Positions 23,901-36,100 of a stretch of 64,000 bases of DNA are shown one piece after another. A program made the translations under genes and the position numbers. This DNA is from Hormiphora californensis (lineage: Eukaryota > Animalia > Ctenophora). The stretch covers positions 1,984,001 through 2,048,000 of the forward strand of contig CM035356.1 of assembly GCA_020137815.1 (NCBI GenBank). Direction: 5' to 3'. A model generated the notes under the pieces. It saw nothing but the letters and a program-made list of their open reading frames with translations, made no database searches and was not told the DNA's origin. Numbering within the stretch: the first letter of the stretch is position 1; each line of letters starts with the position of its first letter.

Positions 23901-26386
23901 TCATTTCAGGGATCTTTTATTGTTTTTCTGTTTATTTTGCGTTAAATACCTCTTGTTTTAGGTCCACATTACTCCAGATGGCTATTTTTGGAAATATAAC
24001 AGACGACAATGGGACGCTAGTTCACGTGTCCAATACGGGAGATCTCATAGCCAACATCATCTTCTCAACCCTCCTCATCATCCTCTTCATCATCTCCTGT
24101 ATCGCCAACATCATTGTTTTCACCTCCCACCGTCCGCCAGAAACAAAACGTCTCCTCGGTCCTATTCGAACTGCTCTCAGCCAATGATTTTCTGACTTGT
24201 ATAGTTGGGATTCCCCCAATTATCTATTTAATGGTACACGATGAGGAGATGGATTGCAATAGGTGGATGGAGAAGGTGTATTCAGTGGTGAGGAGCACAC
24301 TCTTCCAGTGGAGTATCTGTATTGGAGCGGTGCTGGGGGTGGTCAGAGCACTCAAGATTAACCGGCCCTTTATAATGATATGTCCCAAGGTGGTCTATGG
24401 GGTTCTCGTTGGAGCTATGACCATGACGCTCCTGGGGTATGTGTGGAGGTTGGAGACTGAGGAGTTAAAGTGGAGTCTATTTACACAGCAGGTACAGTAG
24501 CTGGGTTAGAGGGGGGGGGGGGCTAGGCCCTGGGGGCGGGGGATTCTGACCCAATTTCTGTCTTTTTTTGTTCGGTCGGGCAAAAGCCAAAAGAAAGATT
24601 TCAAAATGCTTGACACCAGCTGGTTTTGAATAGAGGGGGGGGGGGTGGTTAGAATATCAAAGAGGGGGTACTTTCATAATGTCTTTCATTCTAACGATAT
24701 CTCAGTTACCAACTATCTTAGCTCACATTACACCCCTCAACTCTTTCTCGTATTAGTAGCCTTGCTCTATGCGTGAGTGCATTCAAGCCGTCTACGGTAA
24801 TAACTATAATTTATCCACCCATGACTGTAGCCGGAGAGAAAGAGAGAGAAAGCTCTGTCTCCCAGAGAAGATTATAGGGGAAAAGCAGGTGCATGAATTA
24901 TGACCCACATTGCCACACCCCACCTCAATCTCCCAGGTGTTTCAGTGGTCTGGTCCGGTGATCAAGACGCCTTCTTTCATCTGTAACCTGATACTGTACG
25001 TGGTCCTAGTATCTATCTCCATAACCAGTTGCTTCGCTAGTATGTACGGATTAAACGAATCACACAAGGCCCGACTTGAGCAGGTACTAAATCGGCATTA
25101 CATCCCAGCAGTATCTTTCCCAAACTAGCCATTAGGCACTATAGCGCTGACCTTGACTCTCTCTCCCGCGAAACATGGTCTAGGTAGGCAATCTTTCGCT
25201 TAAAAGCAACAGTACCATTACTATTAATTCCCTTTTGCTCCACAACACAGGGTCTAAAGAGTGGTAACGAGTGTCCGGCGTGTTTTACAGTAGCTCTCAT
25301 CAACTTGTTGATCCTCTCTCAGTTTATAATGACTGTTATCTTCCTGGGTCTCAACTGGTGTGGGGAGCTCCCTCCTGAGTGGCAAAACTATCTAGAGTTC
25401 ACACAGTTTCCCCTCTCTAACACAATAAATTCAGGTATGAAAATGGGGTTACCCTACGCTAAAAATATCTTTTAAAATAACCTCAAATTTAGTGTGGCTA
25501 GCCATGGCTGTACTGTGCAATTAATCGGATGAGTCCATCAGTTTCGTAATCTTTGAAACCCCTCTTCAGCTGTAAACCCACTGATAATCGTATCAAGAAG
25601 TGGAGATATGAAGAGACTATGGGATCGGTATATCGGAGCCAGGAGCACCAGGAGACTCACCCTACAGAAAACAGCAATGACTGAGATATGAGGGAAATGA
25701 AGGGATGGCTAGTTTTATGAAAGAGTATTCAACAGAGGTCAAGTGCAGATAAATGGAAGAGGTTGTGAAAAAGGGACGTTGAAATAAGCAAGACACTGAA
25801 CTTGATGAAGAAAAGCTGTTATTCCCCCGTTACAATTTTTGATGTTCATTCCGTAACAAAAGTTCCCCAATTTGCTCTAAACAAACACACTGACACAAAC
25901 AACCTCTTACCTGGAGCAACGACTGGTAAATCTCGTGAGTTGTTTCTTGGCTGATCCCTCACCCCTCCCGGTTCCTGGAACAAATCCTCCATGCTTTCCT
26001 TTTCTGTTACACTCCCGGCAAGATCCCCCGATTCAGTCAGTGTGAGCCCGTCCAGTGTTATAGGCTCCTGTAGTAGCAGAGTTTCTGGTTGTTCAACGGG
26101 TACCATGGTAACGGGTTCTAACGAAGGAACGGGTACCATGGTAACGGGTTCTAACGAAGGGAACGGGTACCATGGTAACGGGTTCCAACGAGGGCACGGG
26201 GGAACCAGGGTAACGGGTTCTGCGTGATCCTCTGATTCGATGGATGAGGATGCTCCATTGTTTAGCAGGAGAGGAGATGAGTCTCGTTTACAGCTGCTAG
26301 CATTAGATCGGGCCCGGTGAGGGTGTTGTTGGAGAGGAGGGTGGAGAAAGGACATGGTCTACTGGGGGGCTCGCTACATCATCCAT
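20971..26386 (-). CDS. MON1: Vacuolar fusion protein MON1
   Basis: KHFFVLSEAGKPVYSRHG, GVMQALVS, FDLKRLL, PCCLPDFNDTGFLY, LRHFVYK in exon 20971-22198. Phase-compatible upstream exons at 22778-22868 and ~25911-26386; the 5' exon is less certain and has a frameshift near 26310. Confidence 0.88.
23978..25691 (+). CDS. Rhodopsin-like 7TM receptor, 4 exons, nested antisense in a MON1 intron
   Basis: Seven hydrophobic segments, LSANDFLTC (TM2), VVRALKINRPF (TM3), INS/AVNPLI (TM7). Exons 23978-24491, 24937-25083, 25251-25434, 25570-25691; frameshift near 24130-24150. Confidence 0.8.
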
Positions 26387-26615
26387 GCATTGCAGGGTAC
26401 CCTGGCTATAACAGAAGGAATAGGGGTTAGAAGAGGGGTAACATTGAGAGGTTAGGGGGGTCAATACGGGGATGGAAAGAAAAGTAGTTATGTGGGGACT
26501 GGGAAAGGGGTAGTTACACTGTGAGAATGAAACAAATTTGATCAAAAGAAGATGAATTGTCTGAAAAGTCATTGAAGTTGTATCTCTGAAGTGGATAAGA
26601 AACAGAACGCAAAAG

Positions 26616-26680
26616 AAAGATATCATCTGTACTTGTCTCGTTTGAGATTTCCAAGGCCAGAGTCATATTCATCCTATCTT
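26616..26680 (-). promoter_or_regulatory. SECIS element (form 2) in the SEPHS2 3' UTR
   Basis: AUGAC-UCUGGCCUUG-G-AAA-UCUC-AAAC-GAGA-CAAGUACAGA-UGAU: core quartet, helix II with 8 of 10 pairs, AAA bulge and apical mini-stem, about 190 nt after the stop. Confidence 0.85.
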
Positions 26681-26867
26681 GCTCTCAGGAAGATCCAGTC
26701 TGCTCACTGCCCTTTCCGAGTCTGTATCTCGTCGCAAAATCAGAGATTTGTTCAGTTTGTGTCAATAAGTTAGGTAAAAAAACTGATCTTAGTGTGTCAA
26801 GATTCTATTCTAAACTTTTTCCCAGAAAAGTAAGATTTTTTTCTTCCATGCCAGTGAAAGGTGTAGT

Positions 26868-27932
26868 TTAGTAAGAGACATCAATTATTTTGGGGTCCTC
26901 CACTATTTTTGCCGTTTTCTTTCCCTCCACGATATCCCCAATAATCCATGCCATCCCTCCCTCCCCTCTCATCTCCGCTACAAACCGTGCAGCATCCTCT
27001 GCTTCCATGGCAATCAGCAATCCTCCAGATGTTTCAGCTCCTGTCCCCAATGTTATCCTGAAATTCCTCCCACCGGCAGCAGCTAACTTCCGGGTGAATT
27101 CAGCAAACCCAGCCAGGATGGGTAGAGTATGGATAACAAAGTTCACATCCTCATTCTGGAACTCAGCCAGGTTTTGGGCATGCCCCAGAATACCAAAACC
27201 AGTGACATCTGTAGCAGCGTGACCATTGTGTTTCTTCATCAGCCTAGCTGCAGTCAGGTTGAGGGTTATCATGGAGGTAGTAGCATCCTGGTAACCCTTG
27301 GCAACGAACTCTGGGGTTGTCAGGGTCTTGGCGAGTTGCCAGCTGGCGTTATCAAGTTGCATCCATTGGTTGAGGTTAACTGCAGCCTGAATACCCAGGG
27401 GTTTGGTTAACACGATAACATCACCCGGTGCTGCTTTATCAGGGATAATGAACTCTCCCTCCTTACAGATAGAGGTAGCAACTCCTCCAACGGTCATCCA
27501 GGGGTTTACCACAGTTTGGCCACCGTTAATGGTGACCCCCGCCTCCGCAGCAAGGTCTCTAAACCCTGCCATCAGCATGGGAATAACTACCTTCCGTTGG
27601 GCTGCGGACAACTCCTTAGCAACGCCTAGCAACAGCAACATGTTGTCAACGTCAGTAACTCCCATTGCATAGAGATCACTGAGCACATTGGCACACGCTA
27701 TCTTGCCCATGTTGTAGGGGTCATCGATCAGAGGGTAGAAGAAATCAGTGGTCTCGATAAGGAAGAGACCAGGGTGTCGGGTGGGTAGGACGCAGGAGTC
27801 CAGACCAATACCAATGGAGGAGTGGTCCGAAGAGGAAGAGGTTGAGGGTTTTAGGGTCTCCAGGTAGGTGAGCAGATCTGCCTGGGGTACCTGCACAGGG
27901 GGAGGGGGTGTCAGCATGGCGTACCTGCACAG

Positions 27933-27973
<41 letters not shown>

Positions 27974-28347
27974 GTTAGCCAAGGGGTGAAGGGGGTGAAG
28001 GGGTATTCGGGGTACCTGCACAGGGAGAAAATGGGAGGAATTAGGGGTGGAGAGAGAGAAAATGGGAGGTTTATTAGGGGGCGGGGTACCTGCACAGGAG
28101 GAGAGAGAGGGTGTTAGCCAGGGGTACCTACACAGGGAGAGGAGGGGAGGAATTAGCAAGGGGTGGAGCTGGGAGGAGAGGAGGGGAACTGGGGTAGGTA
28201 CCTGCAGGGAGAAAGGGGTATATGGGGGGGGGGGAACAACACCATGTCTCTTACCTTGCAACCTCATCCTTTCAGTTGGGTGAAGTCAGTTAGCCTGAAT
28301 CCTGGCTCCAGTCCATGGTCCTCGGGACGGAATGGAGTAGAGGACAT
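26868..28347 (-). CDS. SEPHS2: Selenophosphate synthetase 2 (selenoprotein), 2 exons
   Basis: Exon 1 28255-28347 MSSTPFRPEDHGLEPGFRLTDFTQLKG-TGA-GCK joins exon 2 26868-27890 VPQ...TTDFFYPL...ANVLSDLYAMG...ATDVTGFGILGH...AETSGGLL. Confidence 0.95.
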
Positions 28348-29131
28348 GGCTGCCCTAAACTGGGAGAGATGGGTGAGTGAGGGGTGGAACTGGGAGAGAA
28401 GGGGTTAGCGAACTAGCGGGGCTTGACAGTGTCATAGAGGAAGACGATGCAGATGGGTAGGGATCAGGAGCTGAGGGAATGGGGTGGAGTTGTTAGGACA
28501 GATCAGAAGTCCATTCAAGGGGTTCTTCTTCTTAAGAAAAGAGTTTAGTGAGAGCTGAACTGAGGTGGGATGCAGAGAGACTCATTGACTAAAATTAATG
28601 CAAGAGTGAATTCATGCTCTAAATTCCCTAGAAATGTCACTGCAAAACTTGAACTTCATCGATGGTGTATTGAATTCAATCCCCTCTCAATGCAACAATG
28701 CAACATTGCATTATCTAACTCACCAACTGAGCAACCCGAGATATTCCCCCTCCTCCTCTTCTCAGAGTGAGTAAAGCCATGTGTCTATGCTGTGAAGTGT
28801 GGTTGGAAACGGTTCTGTATGGTGTGATAACAAATAAATTGGATGATAAAATATGGAAGCAGGTAAAATGTACAATGAATAAGTAAAATATCAATACATC
28901 CAAGGCCAATGGAGATTCTACATAACTGATAATACCGGTCAGTTGGATGTGACATAGTTTTCTGAAGTTAGTCTGATGTTACCGATCCACTGCAAACTGT
29001 GTAATACAGATGCAGATGCGTGATCCCTGCGCTGTACCATGTAGGAAGTAGGTTAAACTTGAAGTACTCAATTGGAATATCCCAATATATTTCCTTTGGA
29101 GAGTGGTCTCTAGTTAGTAGTTTCCCCACAC

Positions 29132-29856
29132 TCAGGCCCACTTGAGACACCGTGTTTCTGAGTGTGTATCCCCACAGGGTATGGAACAATACTTCAGCCC
29201 GCACACGATACACTTGTAGGATGATATGTAGCCACACACCGAACAGAAGTTCCGGGCAGGGAGGGACGAGGAAGGGACCTGGGCTGACTGGTATCTGGAT
29301 CCCTCACCCGTAGTGAGACCACCTCCCTCCTCAAACATGGCCTAAAAAGGGGGGTATATAATATTGAAAAGACAAAATACATTGATTTGCTGAGCAATAC
29401 AAGCAAAACAACATGAAACAAAGAACAAAGCTCACTTACAGCGAATGATTTGGGGAAGCGTCGTTTATTTGCCTTTTTCCGTTTCTTGGCAGTTGGTCTC
29501 TCATCGAAGGAGGGTAACTTTGCTGCGGTGATGTTCGGATCTTCGTGGAAGTTGTCCTTGTCAAGAGACTCGATAAACCTGGGAAAGGAGGATTCTAGCT
29601 ATAGGGTGGTAGTCGGTAGAAGGTTCTAGGTAGAGAGTAAGTTGTATTGTTCATACAGTAAGTGGAGGGATTCAATGTGAAGTCTGAAATATCCCTGATT
29701 CAGGGTAGATGGAGAACTGAAGATATATATCTGTCGGGGTGTATCATCATGGGGGGGGGGTTATCATCATGTTAGCTACCTTTTCAGCCGTAGTTTCCTT
29801 TGGGCAGTATCCAGAACTGTCCTGGTAGTTGAACGCTGTGATCTTTTCTCTCCCAT
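29132..29856 (-). CDS. ZNHIT1: Zinc finger HIT domain protein 1 (Vps71), 3 exons
   Basis: RTVLD...IESLDKDNFHEDP...RFPKSF...YQSAQVPSS...RNFCSVCGY...KCIVCGLKYCSIPCGDTHSETRCLKW. Confidence 0.92.
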
Positions 29857-30107
29857 AGTACATAAACCGAGCTAATAAATTGTGATATATTGTCGATATA
29901 TTGTGAATAAACGTGAGAAAGCGAACAGCTAGAAACTAAACACAGATTTACAAATGTTTACAAACTGATGAAAATGGAAAAAGGTTAAAAACGGAATGAT
30001 AACTTTTTAAATAATAATTTACTTTAACTATCTGTACAGTTGTCCTGGTTACCATGGTTACCAGTAGTTATGGTTACCAGTGCAGTAGTCATGGTTACAC
30101 CTGTGTA

Positions 30108-33100
30108 TTATGCTAACATGGTTAACATCTCGTTAAGCTTGTATACCCGCCTGTTATCTGCACAAAGTTGGATGATCGTACCCCATAACTTGTTAACACT
30201 CAGCATTTGTAGGTTACCTGTCGGAGGGAAGCTTGTAATAGGGGAGGGACCCAGGGAGGGAGAGTGGGTGTATCTATGAACAAATAAAGGGTCGTCACTC
30301 GTCAGGGTAACAAGGATAACAGAGTTTCACTGTTACCTAGAATCAGGAGATGGTGTTTGGCACGAGTTAGGGCGACATTGGTGCGCCTTGGACAGTCAGC
30401 AAAACCTATACGGGCAGAACGGACACAACTGAGCAGAACTACACTCCTCTCCGCTCCTTGAACTGCGTCTACCGTGGATATCTGGAGAGGGAGGGGATAG
30501 TAATATGCAAGAATTGGACTATCACGAATATTATTCGGCGAATAATAAACAAGATTTGATCAAATTAGAACGCCCCCACCAGGAAGCGACCCCACATATG
30601 ACATGATACCCCATCCCTACCCCATTTACCTTGACCCGTTTATATTTCATTCCTATTTCCTTCTTCAACAGTGCCTCCTGACCCCTGTATAGTGTTATCA
30701 CTGCTATATCCTCCTGCGCCACAACCTTCAGCACTTTCTCCAGCTAAATGCATGGGGATGTTAGGCTTTTATAGAAAACACTAGATCGTGGGGTTGGGGC
30801 GGGTTACAAAATATCAAGATTATGCAAAAGAAGCACAAAAGAAGAAGTTTTGTTTTCACTATTAATAGTAAAAACAATATCGCACAGCCACGTTGGTTAC
30901 GAAGTCACACCTATTACGCTTAGCTGGGAGGTCGCGTTGAGGGGAAATTTCGTTAGGGTAGCCACTGGCTATTTGAAACAGTTTTTCACTTTTTTCCTTT
31001 GTGTGTCCACAAATCAAGTCGAACCCAAAATTTTTTCACCCTATGTTACCGAGACAGTCCCAGGGTAGTTTTTGAAGTGGTTTGAGATGTCTCATTTTGT
31101 CTTCCGGGGTCAGGGTCACGTGATATCTATCCAAATTTGGTGTTTCAATTAGCCCGCCTCAGTCTGCTAATTTGAAACAGCCGTATCTCCCTCAATTTGT
31201 CCACAAAACCGAGATTTTCGACATGGAATAGTTAGAAAAGGGTTGTACAGAGCTATTCCATGTCTGAAATCTGAATTTTGTTACATGTGCTTGGTGTAGT
31301 GAATGTTTCCGAAAAGTGTTTCAAATAGCCAGGAAAACAGTTTTTGCCCCAAATTCGGCCAATTTTTGGCGGAAATGGCTAAACTCATAATTCATATCCT
31401 CCCTATGCTCAAAATGAACATCAAAAATTTCCGACAGCGGATTTGGAGAAAAGTGTTTCAAATAGCCCTCCGCAGTGTTTCAAGTTACCAGACTCGCTTG
31501 TCCTGCAGATCATATCATAGCGAATACCACTGAACCCGACTAATTTCGATACGCTGAATCACGTAAGCAACTTTTCAAATCCGTCTGAGGTCGATAAAGT
31601 GCCCTAATTGAGTATAATTGGGTCTAATTGGCCTTAATTGCTCAATTAAGGCACTTTCCCGATCTCAGACGGATTGGAAAAGTTGCTTACGTGATTCAGC
31701 GTGTCAAAATTAGTCGGGTTCAGTGGTTTTCGCTATGTTATGAATTAGTTTCAATTTTTACTCTCCAAGCTTGGTCAAATGATCAAGTATGGTCAGTCTG
31801 TGCGCGCCCTGAGGTTTAAAAAGCTATTTATAATTATATTCAAGTTTCCTAATTTTCATTTTTTGAAATAAAATGGAAATCTTTGAGTTTTTTTATTAAA
31901 ACACAAGGATTGTTTCTATTCCAGAATTTAAAACAACGGCATGTCAACATACTATTAGCTATGACTTTCTTAAACAAGCTACCACATACGGGGCACTTTG
32001 TTTCAAATAGCCAGTCCATGTGTTTCACATAGCCAGACACTGTTTCAAATTGGCAGCTGTTTCAAATAGCCAGTGGCTACCCTACCAAACAGCTACGTAC
32101 CATGGCTACTATGGCGGTTGATTCAGCGGTATTGGAGTAGCTATCACCCCACCCCTTGCTCTCAGTTCCCTGTACAGATACAAAGCTAACAGCTGGTATA
32201 TCCTCCAGTGGCAGTTCAATGGAATCTGAAGAGGAGAGTTGTTAAATGTGGCGAGAGAGGTTCCAGCAAGTCAAGAGATGGTTTGTTTAGGAGCAAGGCA
32301 AGAGATGATAGTATAACTTGAGGGAAGAAAGATTGGAGAGTGTATTTACCCCTATGAGTGCCGTCTTGTAGTTGGTTTTTGTAGAACAGCTGGTTTGCTA
32401 TCGCCGAAATATCCGGGTGGCATCGGTATTGAGTACTGGAGAGAGAAAGAGTGGTGATTGTATTAGTTACTGGAGAGGTAATTGATTGTTAAAATTAACA
32501 AGGAGGTTTGAGTGGTCCCAGAATGTTAGAAACAAAACCACTGTTTGTGGTCCAGGGACAGTTCCCAAATTAGGTAAACAAATTAGTACAAACTGAAATA
32601 ATTTACTAAATTTACTAACTTGAGGGTTACAGTAGGGTATCCCAGTTTCTGCATCCTATCGTACAGGGTCATCTCCAGACCTCCCCCTCCACTAATGTTC
32701 TCGTGTTCAGTCTCCACAGTTGGGGGCAGCTGGAGAGGATCACCAACCAAGACCACTCGGGAACAGGAGGATGTGATGAGTGGAAGAAGGGAGGAGGGCT
32801 CTGTGATCTGAAGGGGGGGGGGGGGTGTGGTGAGGGGGAGAAGGGAGGAGGGCTCTGTGATCTGGGGGGGGGGGGGGGTGTGGTGAGGGGGAGAAGGGAG
32901 GAGGGCTCTATGATCTGAAGGAGGATGTAATTAGAGGGAGAAGGGAGGAGGGCTCTGTGATCTGGAGGAAGGGGGAGTAATGAGGGGAAGGAGAGATGAG
33001 GGCTCTGTGATCTGGAGGAAGGGGGAGTAATGAGGGGAAGGAGAGATGAGGGCTCTGTGATCTGAAGGAGGATGTGATGAGGGGAAGGAGAGATGAGGGC

Positions 33101-36100
33101 TCTGTGATCTGGGGAGATTGATTGATTTCGGGGAGAGGATTTTGGGGTAAACAAGTAAAGAATACAAGTTATCAACACGATGGAAAGTGGACCGGGGTCG
33201 ACCCAGTGGTGCTTACCTGAGAAACTTCGTCCAATAATACAATGCTGAATTGTGAAGTGAGGGAGGATGAAGCACAGGTGGTACCAGCCACACGGTACCT
33301 TGCCAGTGCTCTCGTTACTTCTTCCTAGGTGTGGGAAAGAGGGAAGTGGTAACACGAGAAATAAAGGTAGCCAAGGATATGCATTCAGCGGGTAGAGTCC
33401 CAGTATTTCAGGTGTGGGAAAAGGGACAGTGATATGTTATTAACACATGATTAAGTTGTACCATTGTGATAGTTTTAGGGTAACATTCAACTCAGAGAAA
33501 AGAGCTCACCAGTATTTCAGGATTGTTGTTCTCACCTTTGATCCCTCGGTCCGAACAGTGTGTGGCAGGATCTGTTTGTGTATCTTCCTGGTACTGCCTA
33601 CACGTGCAAAATCACCATACCCCAGATCCAACAACCTGAAAACAATCAATCATAAGAAATGGGATATCCGCTTTTTGAAGGCTTGAAAGCTTGAATCCTT
33701 ATAAATTGCTCGACCACTTTCGTAGGAGCTAGCACAAAAATGCAGAACTACACAGATTTAGTCTCATCTAAATCGGTGTAGTTCTGCATTTTTGTGAAAT
33801 AGGATATTCCATGGTTTTGTCCGAATTATGTAACGCAGTAAGTCAAATCTCTCCCACTAACATTAGTAAGCAAACTGAACTGAAGCATCACTGAATCATC
33901 ATTAATCCTACTAACTTGAGTAGAATGTTGTCCACTGCTACATTAGTGGTGGATGCCACGAGGACTCTGTGTTTATCAGTTAGTACACGTGTTAGAGCGA
34001 GAACTAGTACAGCCAGGAGGTAGCTCTTACCAGACCCAAACACGCCGTGCACACACACTACCGGGGGACCTGTGATAGGGGGATATAGGAATATAGTATA
34101 CTATGGCCTACCGGTGGACCTGTGATAGGGAGGAAATAGGAGTATAGTCTACCTGGCACTATGGTTTTCAAGTGCCGGGTGATCTAGGTCAGGGGATTGA
34201 ATAACTTTACCGAAATCGATCTGCTAGGGTAAGGTATGTAGGGAAACAATAACTTTACCCACCATTTTGTAGGGATGATAGAGCGGTTAGAATTGCTTCT
34301 TCCTGTCTCTCGTTCAGCCTGTATTCCTGTACCAGCTCCCTAGCAACATCCTCTGGGTTCCCCTTCAACTCTAACGGAGCACAAACCGAACTGAACGGTG
34401 GGTGGTGTTAAATGATTTGGTAGGCAGAAAGACCATGAGATGCAACCGAATCATGATATCATGATAGATACAACTTTGTCTATTCATGCACAGTGTTCAT
34501 TCTGCTCATTAGCGGGAGGTGTCTCCTACCTGTTATCTAGTAGTGCCGGTAGGAGTGGTAGAGAATGGAGGGAGGTGGTTATAGCAGTTATTATCTCCAA
34601 CTCTGAAACCCCCCTCAGGGTGTGTAGAGCAGTGAGTTGCCGGGAGGTAGAGGGATGATGGGTGTTAAGAAGTCTCATCTCTACTCTACCATCACTGTTA
34701 GGTCCATAGAACGTGCTTAGCATTATACTGGGCGTAACACTGTCTGAAACAAGCAAAGGTAGTGATACAACATCTCCTTTTGGATAATTATCTAGTCTCC
34801 CCTGCGACCCTATCACACCATAATCATGTCTTGGTTACAAAACCAGCCCCTCTTCGCGCGCTGGCAAGGGAGGGTTAACTTCGTTACCATCATCATGTCA
34901 CCCCTGCAGCTTCCCTTACCCTACCTGGATTAAGGATCCACACATCATCCTTATTGTAGTTGTGGTGTTTATCAGTGAAGGGTAGATTAACAAGATACAG
35001 ATTACTGTTGCTCTTCTTCTTCACGCGGCACTCCCTGTACACACTCAGACCCCGTCTAGAGAGGGTGTCGTACACTTGACGGGGAGTAGAGGCGGGTCCC
35101 AGAGCTGTTCCCCCGGATGATGTAGTACTCCATTTGAACAGATTACACATTTCTAGAGAGAGAGATAATTATTAGTATTAGAGTTTAGATTTTTGAAGTA
35201 AATCTCAAATTAAACCTGCCACGCCGGGACATAAAACCTGCCAGAATTAAAATTCAAATATGATAAACTCACTCTGGGGGCAGCAGTAAAACCCTCGTCC
35301 CTTATTAGGGCCCTCCTTGGAAACTGTGTGTAGCTTCCCAGGACCGTGGGGACACGACACAGCCTGGTCACGTGACTGAACTCCTCCCCCTGTTGCTGTA
35401 GCCATTACCTCCCTGTACCTTGCTTTTATCGTAGCCAGGCTGACATTTAGGTGCTCTGAACAGATAGGAGATAAGATTAGAAATAAGAAATAAGTTTACC
35501 AGAAGAAGAACTTCTGAGTACTGATTTACCATAAAGTATAGCAGTCATAGTTTGCTGGTATTCACGAACACTCCCAAACCGATCTGGAACCGTCAACTTC
35601 CTCTTTTCAGGTCCAACCTCAAACCGTAACTGGGTGTGAATATGGTGTGTGGATATGGTGTGATAAGTCATCAAGCCCTCACACACTCTCATTGACGAGA
35701 GAAGCCCCCTTCAGCAGCTGCAGTGGTCTAAGTGCGCGCTTGGAGTGCCTACTAGCGTGGTTTATTTAGTTGCCCATACCCGCGCGCCCCGTTCTCTCAC
35801 CTCAGACCCGACGTCTCTGTGATTCCCAGCAGGGGGTAGATATAATGAGGATCCGCCAAGATATGGAGCTGAGAACTTCACAGGAGGAGGACGGAATGTT
35901 GTTGTTGATGGTGGTAGATCAATTCGGCGGCGTTTGTTGGCAGGAGCAGGTGAAACAGGTTCCGGTTCACTGAACAGATCTTCATAATCATCGTCTGACA
36001 TTATTACTTCCTCTGCGGCGTGAGATTCCTCTGTAGTGTTCCGGGCAGGTATTGTGAGTACCTTGGAGTGCAGTGAATCTGCAGAATAGGAGCTTGAAGG

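Noticed and set aside
32669-33355. 228-aa Pro-rich ORF
   Set aside because: Read-through of the intronic acceptor repeat array.
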